From Xylographa opegraphella (lineage: Eukaryota): DNA of 64,000 bases. The notes beneath the pieces are model-generated. The model was not told the origin of the DNA, did not search any database, and saw only the letters and a program-made list of their open reading frames with translations. Below are positions 61,440 to 64,000 of the stretch, piece by piece. Position numbers and translations under genes: made by a program. Each line of letters starts with the position of its first letter. Within the stretch, counting starts at the first letter, position 1. The stretch is taken from NCBI GenBank assembly GCA_022813865.1, contig JALDZX010000014.1:62001-126000 (forward strand). Direction: 5' to 3'.

Positions 61440-62060
61440 GGGGCGTGGAGCCTATGTTGGTAGGCTGTCGGGATCGGGGTCGGGGGGGGGCAGTGGAACT
61501 GGCTGTAGGGAACTTGCTGGGATGGATGGGAGATATTCCTCCAGGCGACTCTTTGGGTGCGATATAGTCGATGGGTACGACCGAAATGCCAGATCGCCAT
61601 TCTGCAACTGTCACATATCACGAAATCTGTGAGCTCAGATCACTGCCATATCGACCGATGACCCGGCTTGTGGGTGGAAAACATGCTATTTACATAATTA
61701 AGGTAAAGGAGGGGGTTGCGAGGCCTTGTAGTGCGATCCGTCCCTAAAAGGGGGTGCTGCCCATCACCGTCCCCGGCCTGAGGCCACCAATATGATCTCT
61801 GCTGCTGCAGCCTTTTGACCTGGAGAAGTTCACCTTGCGACGGAACAAAGCCAGCCCTTGGCTAGAGTTCGCCTTGCTTCCTCCGAGGATATCCCCACAG
61901 GACTGGGCAAGCGTGCGAGGGAAGTCGAGGGCCCGGCTGTGCCCAGATGTCGTCCAGAAGTGCCGCCTGGCTTCTTTGACAATCACATCTGATGTAGAAA
62001 CCCAGCGCTTCCGTGACCGTGTAAAAGTCCTTCCTACTCTTATTACGCGCTGTTGGCCAT

Positions 62061-63449
62061 TCACTCGGCTTTCCAATGTCCAGTAAGGGTGCCGTCATCT
62101 TCCTTCCCTAGATACAGCTCCAACGCGTACAATGCCATCGTGCCAGCCACATTGATCCACCTCCAAAGATTACCTCCCACGTCTCCACCCTGACTTGTCC
62201 ACCACTCACCCCCTCCACCTTCGCCACTGGTGGAAGCGAAATGTTGCATCAGGAGACTGGTGTAGACGGTGATCAATATGCTAGGGCTAAACCAGCTAAG
62301 AAGTCCAAGGACTTGACCGGCACCATCCGAGTCTTCGAGAGAAGCTTCTTGAGATAACGCTCGAGCGCCGGACTCTCGAACTGCTGGAATGATCCGAGTG
62401 GATGCATACAAAACGAAGAATCGGTATGCAAGAGAGATGATGACCGACGGAGTGATTGTGCTCAAAGCGGCCATAATAAAGTTAAATCCACCGTGTATGG
62501 TACTTGGTAGAGTTGAAAGCACCTGGATGAGAGTCGTGTATGAAGCCATGATGATTGGCGGAAAGGGAGGGAAATCGGCGGCCTGCGGCGGAGGTGGCAT
62601 TGGATCCGAAGGATGTGATGGTTGATAGTCTGTAAATATCTGATAAATGCAAAGGACAATATAGGCGAAGAGCAAGGAGCTTTCCACCGGATTCCCCTTG
62701 CCACTGCCAATACCCCAGGCGCCAAGGAAGACCGCACAAGTAATCGTAATGCCAATGAGTGTAGCATCAACGTTGCCGATCTGCGGAAACTGCATGACTC
62801 TCCAGAGAAAGTAGACAGAACTTGAGATTATGGAGGCAGACATGACTAGTAGACCGATCTGGTAGCAAACAAGACTGTTAGCAAAAGCGCTCTCGGTGTC
62901 GACAGGACGCGATTCATGAAAGCTCACCATCCAGCTGTCACTTCTGCCTCCCCTGTTGACCAACCATCGTGTGATTTGCCCGGCTGCTTGTATCACCAAC
63001 AGACTGCAAAACCCCTCTACCAATTGAAAAACAGGAGTAGACCATCGTAGTAGTTTGTCCCATGTACCAATCGTCAGAGCTTCCACCAACCCATCCGGTC
63101 CAAATATCCATTCTCGTAAAGATGTATCCTGTGCTCTTTTCCCACTGAACGTTCGCTCTACCCATCCACTACTATTATCCGCATCCACCGAAAACCGGTT
63201 GAGAGACCATATCAAGAGCGACGGAAGAATGATCCATTGAGTAAGGCTTATCGCTCGTGCGAGGGCATAACGGAATCTTGATTTGTCTGGCGTTGCGAGC
63301 CGGAGGATGGAATACCAGAAGTAAAAGGTTGCTAGTGATAGAGAGAACGCAAGACCGCAGGTCCGTCCACCAACATCAAATCCTAGCGGAACGGAGAGTA
63401 CGATCGAGGTCAGGAAGACTACCGCAGATGTGATGCGAATGATCCACAT
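62061..63449 (-). CDS. ICE2: ER membrane protein Ice2
   Basis: LSVPLGFDVGGRTCGLAFSLSL, TPVFQLVEGFCSLLVIQAAGQ, FSPSILITVYTSLLMQH and WRWINV; an in-frame intron lies near 62860-62928. Confidence 0.9.
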   Translation of the reverse strand: MWIIRITSAVVFLTSIVLSVPLGFDVGGRTCGLAFSLSLATFYFWYSILRLATPDKSRFRYALARAISLTQWIILPSLLIWSLNRFSVDADNSSGWVERTFSGKRAQDTSLREWIFGPDGLVEALTIGTWDKLLRWSTPVFQLVEGFCSLLVIQAAGQITRWLVNRGGRSDSWMVSFHESRPVDTESAFANSLVCYQIGLLVMSASIISSSVYFLWRVMQFPQIGNVDATLIGITITCAVFLGAWGIGSGKGNPVESSLLFAYIVLCIYQIFTDYQPSHPSDPMPPPPQAADFPPFPPIIMASYTTLIQVLSTLPSTIHGGFNFIMAALSTITPSVIISLAYRFFVLYASTRIIPAVRESGARALSQEASLEDSDGAGQVLGLLSWFSPSILITVYTSLLMQHFASTSGEGGGGEWWTSQGGDVGGNLWRWINVAGTMALYALELYLGKEDDGTLTGHWKAE

Positions 63450-64000
63450 CAGCGCTGTGAGCGCCGAGCACGCCCAGGATCACTCTGAGCCAGAGCGTCC
63501 TATATGGTCTTTTTCGCTGGAAGGGTCGATGATCTTCTTGGCACCGGTATTCTCGGTCTGCGACTTCAGGTTGGCAGTGGAGGCTCTGAGGCGGCTGCAC
63601 GTGAGGGGATTTTTGCTGAAGTTCCGAAGATCTCTACTAGAGCAGAATTGTTGAAATCGCCCTGAGAAAAGATGTAGTTGCCTTAGATTAGTATGTGCGT
63701 GCTTCTACGTCTGCACGACATAGATAGATGACTCCTTGATGGAAAGCCGCCGTTACCTGGTTTTTGTCGACGGAGTATGCAGCCGGTCATTGGTTCCTTG
63801 TCGCGTGCCTTCAAGGATGTGGAGAAATTATGACCGAGAACCTGGTTGGCCTTCCGGACGATGATGCACGTCGCTAACCAGTGATAGGTACCCAACGTCG
63901 TGGATTTGTCTGCGAAAAACCGGCAAGAGGATTGACATGAGCTGTATCCTTGAATAGTCGCACCTACGCAATGGTCATGTCGCTGAGCGATGGGACAACA

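Noticed and set aside
60119..61632. Many long Gly/Pro/Arg-rich ORFs on both strands
   Set aside because: They are by-products of low-complexity G/C skew overlapping the real phosphatase gene.

Overview
Intron-rich fungal genomic DNA. GT-AG introns with CTRAY branch sites and the gene content point to a filamentous ascomycete (Pezizomycotina); the taxon is an inference. Coordinates are gene spans including introns, reconstructed by eye. The left part is a housekeeping block: ECM15-like 3' end, F-box gene, PEX19, UBC9, RAD52 and a large disordered hypothetical. It is followed by a ~7 kb gene-poor tract (14.3-21.2 kb) made of several different tandem duplications. Next come an AVT-type amino acid transporter, a GPI-type aspartic protease and cytosolic MetRS. 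A head-to-head pair follows: an HSPA12-type atypical Hsp70 and a coiled-coil protein with a GrpE-like C-terminus. The right, accessory-like half holds at least five tiny Cys-rich ORFs (three share an M-C-x8-C...CxxC pattern), LTO1, an SDR, a doubly frameshifted MDR/quinone oxidoreductase, an XIP aquaporin, a Clr5-ankyrin protein, a patatin-like phospholipase with a divergent small partner, an SHB17-like phosphatase and ICE2. I recognised no rRNA, tRNA, CRISPR array or intact transposon.
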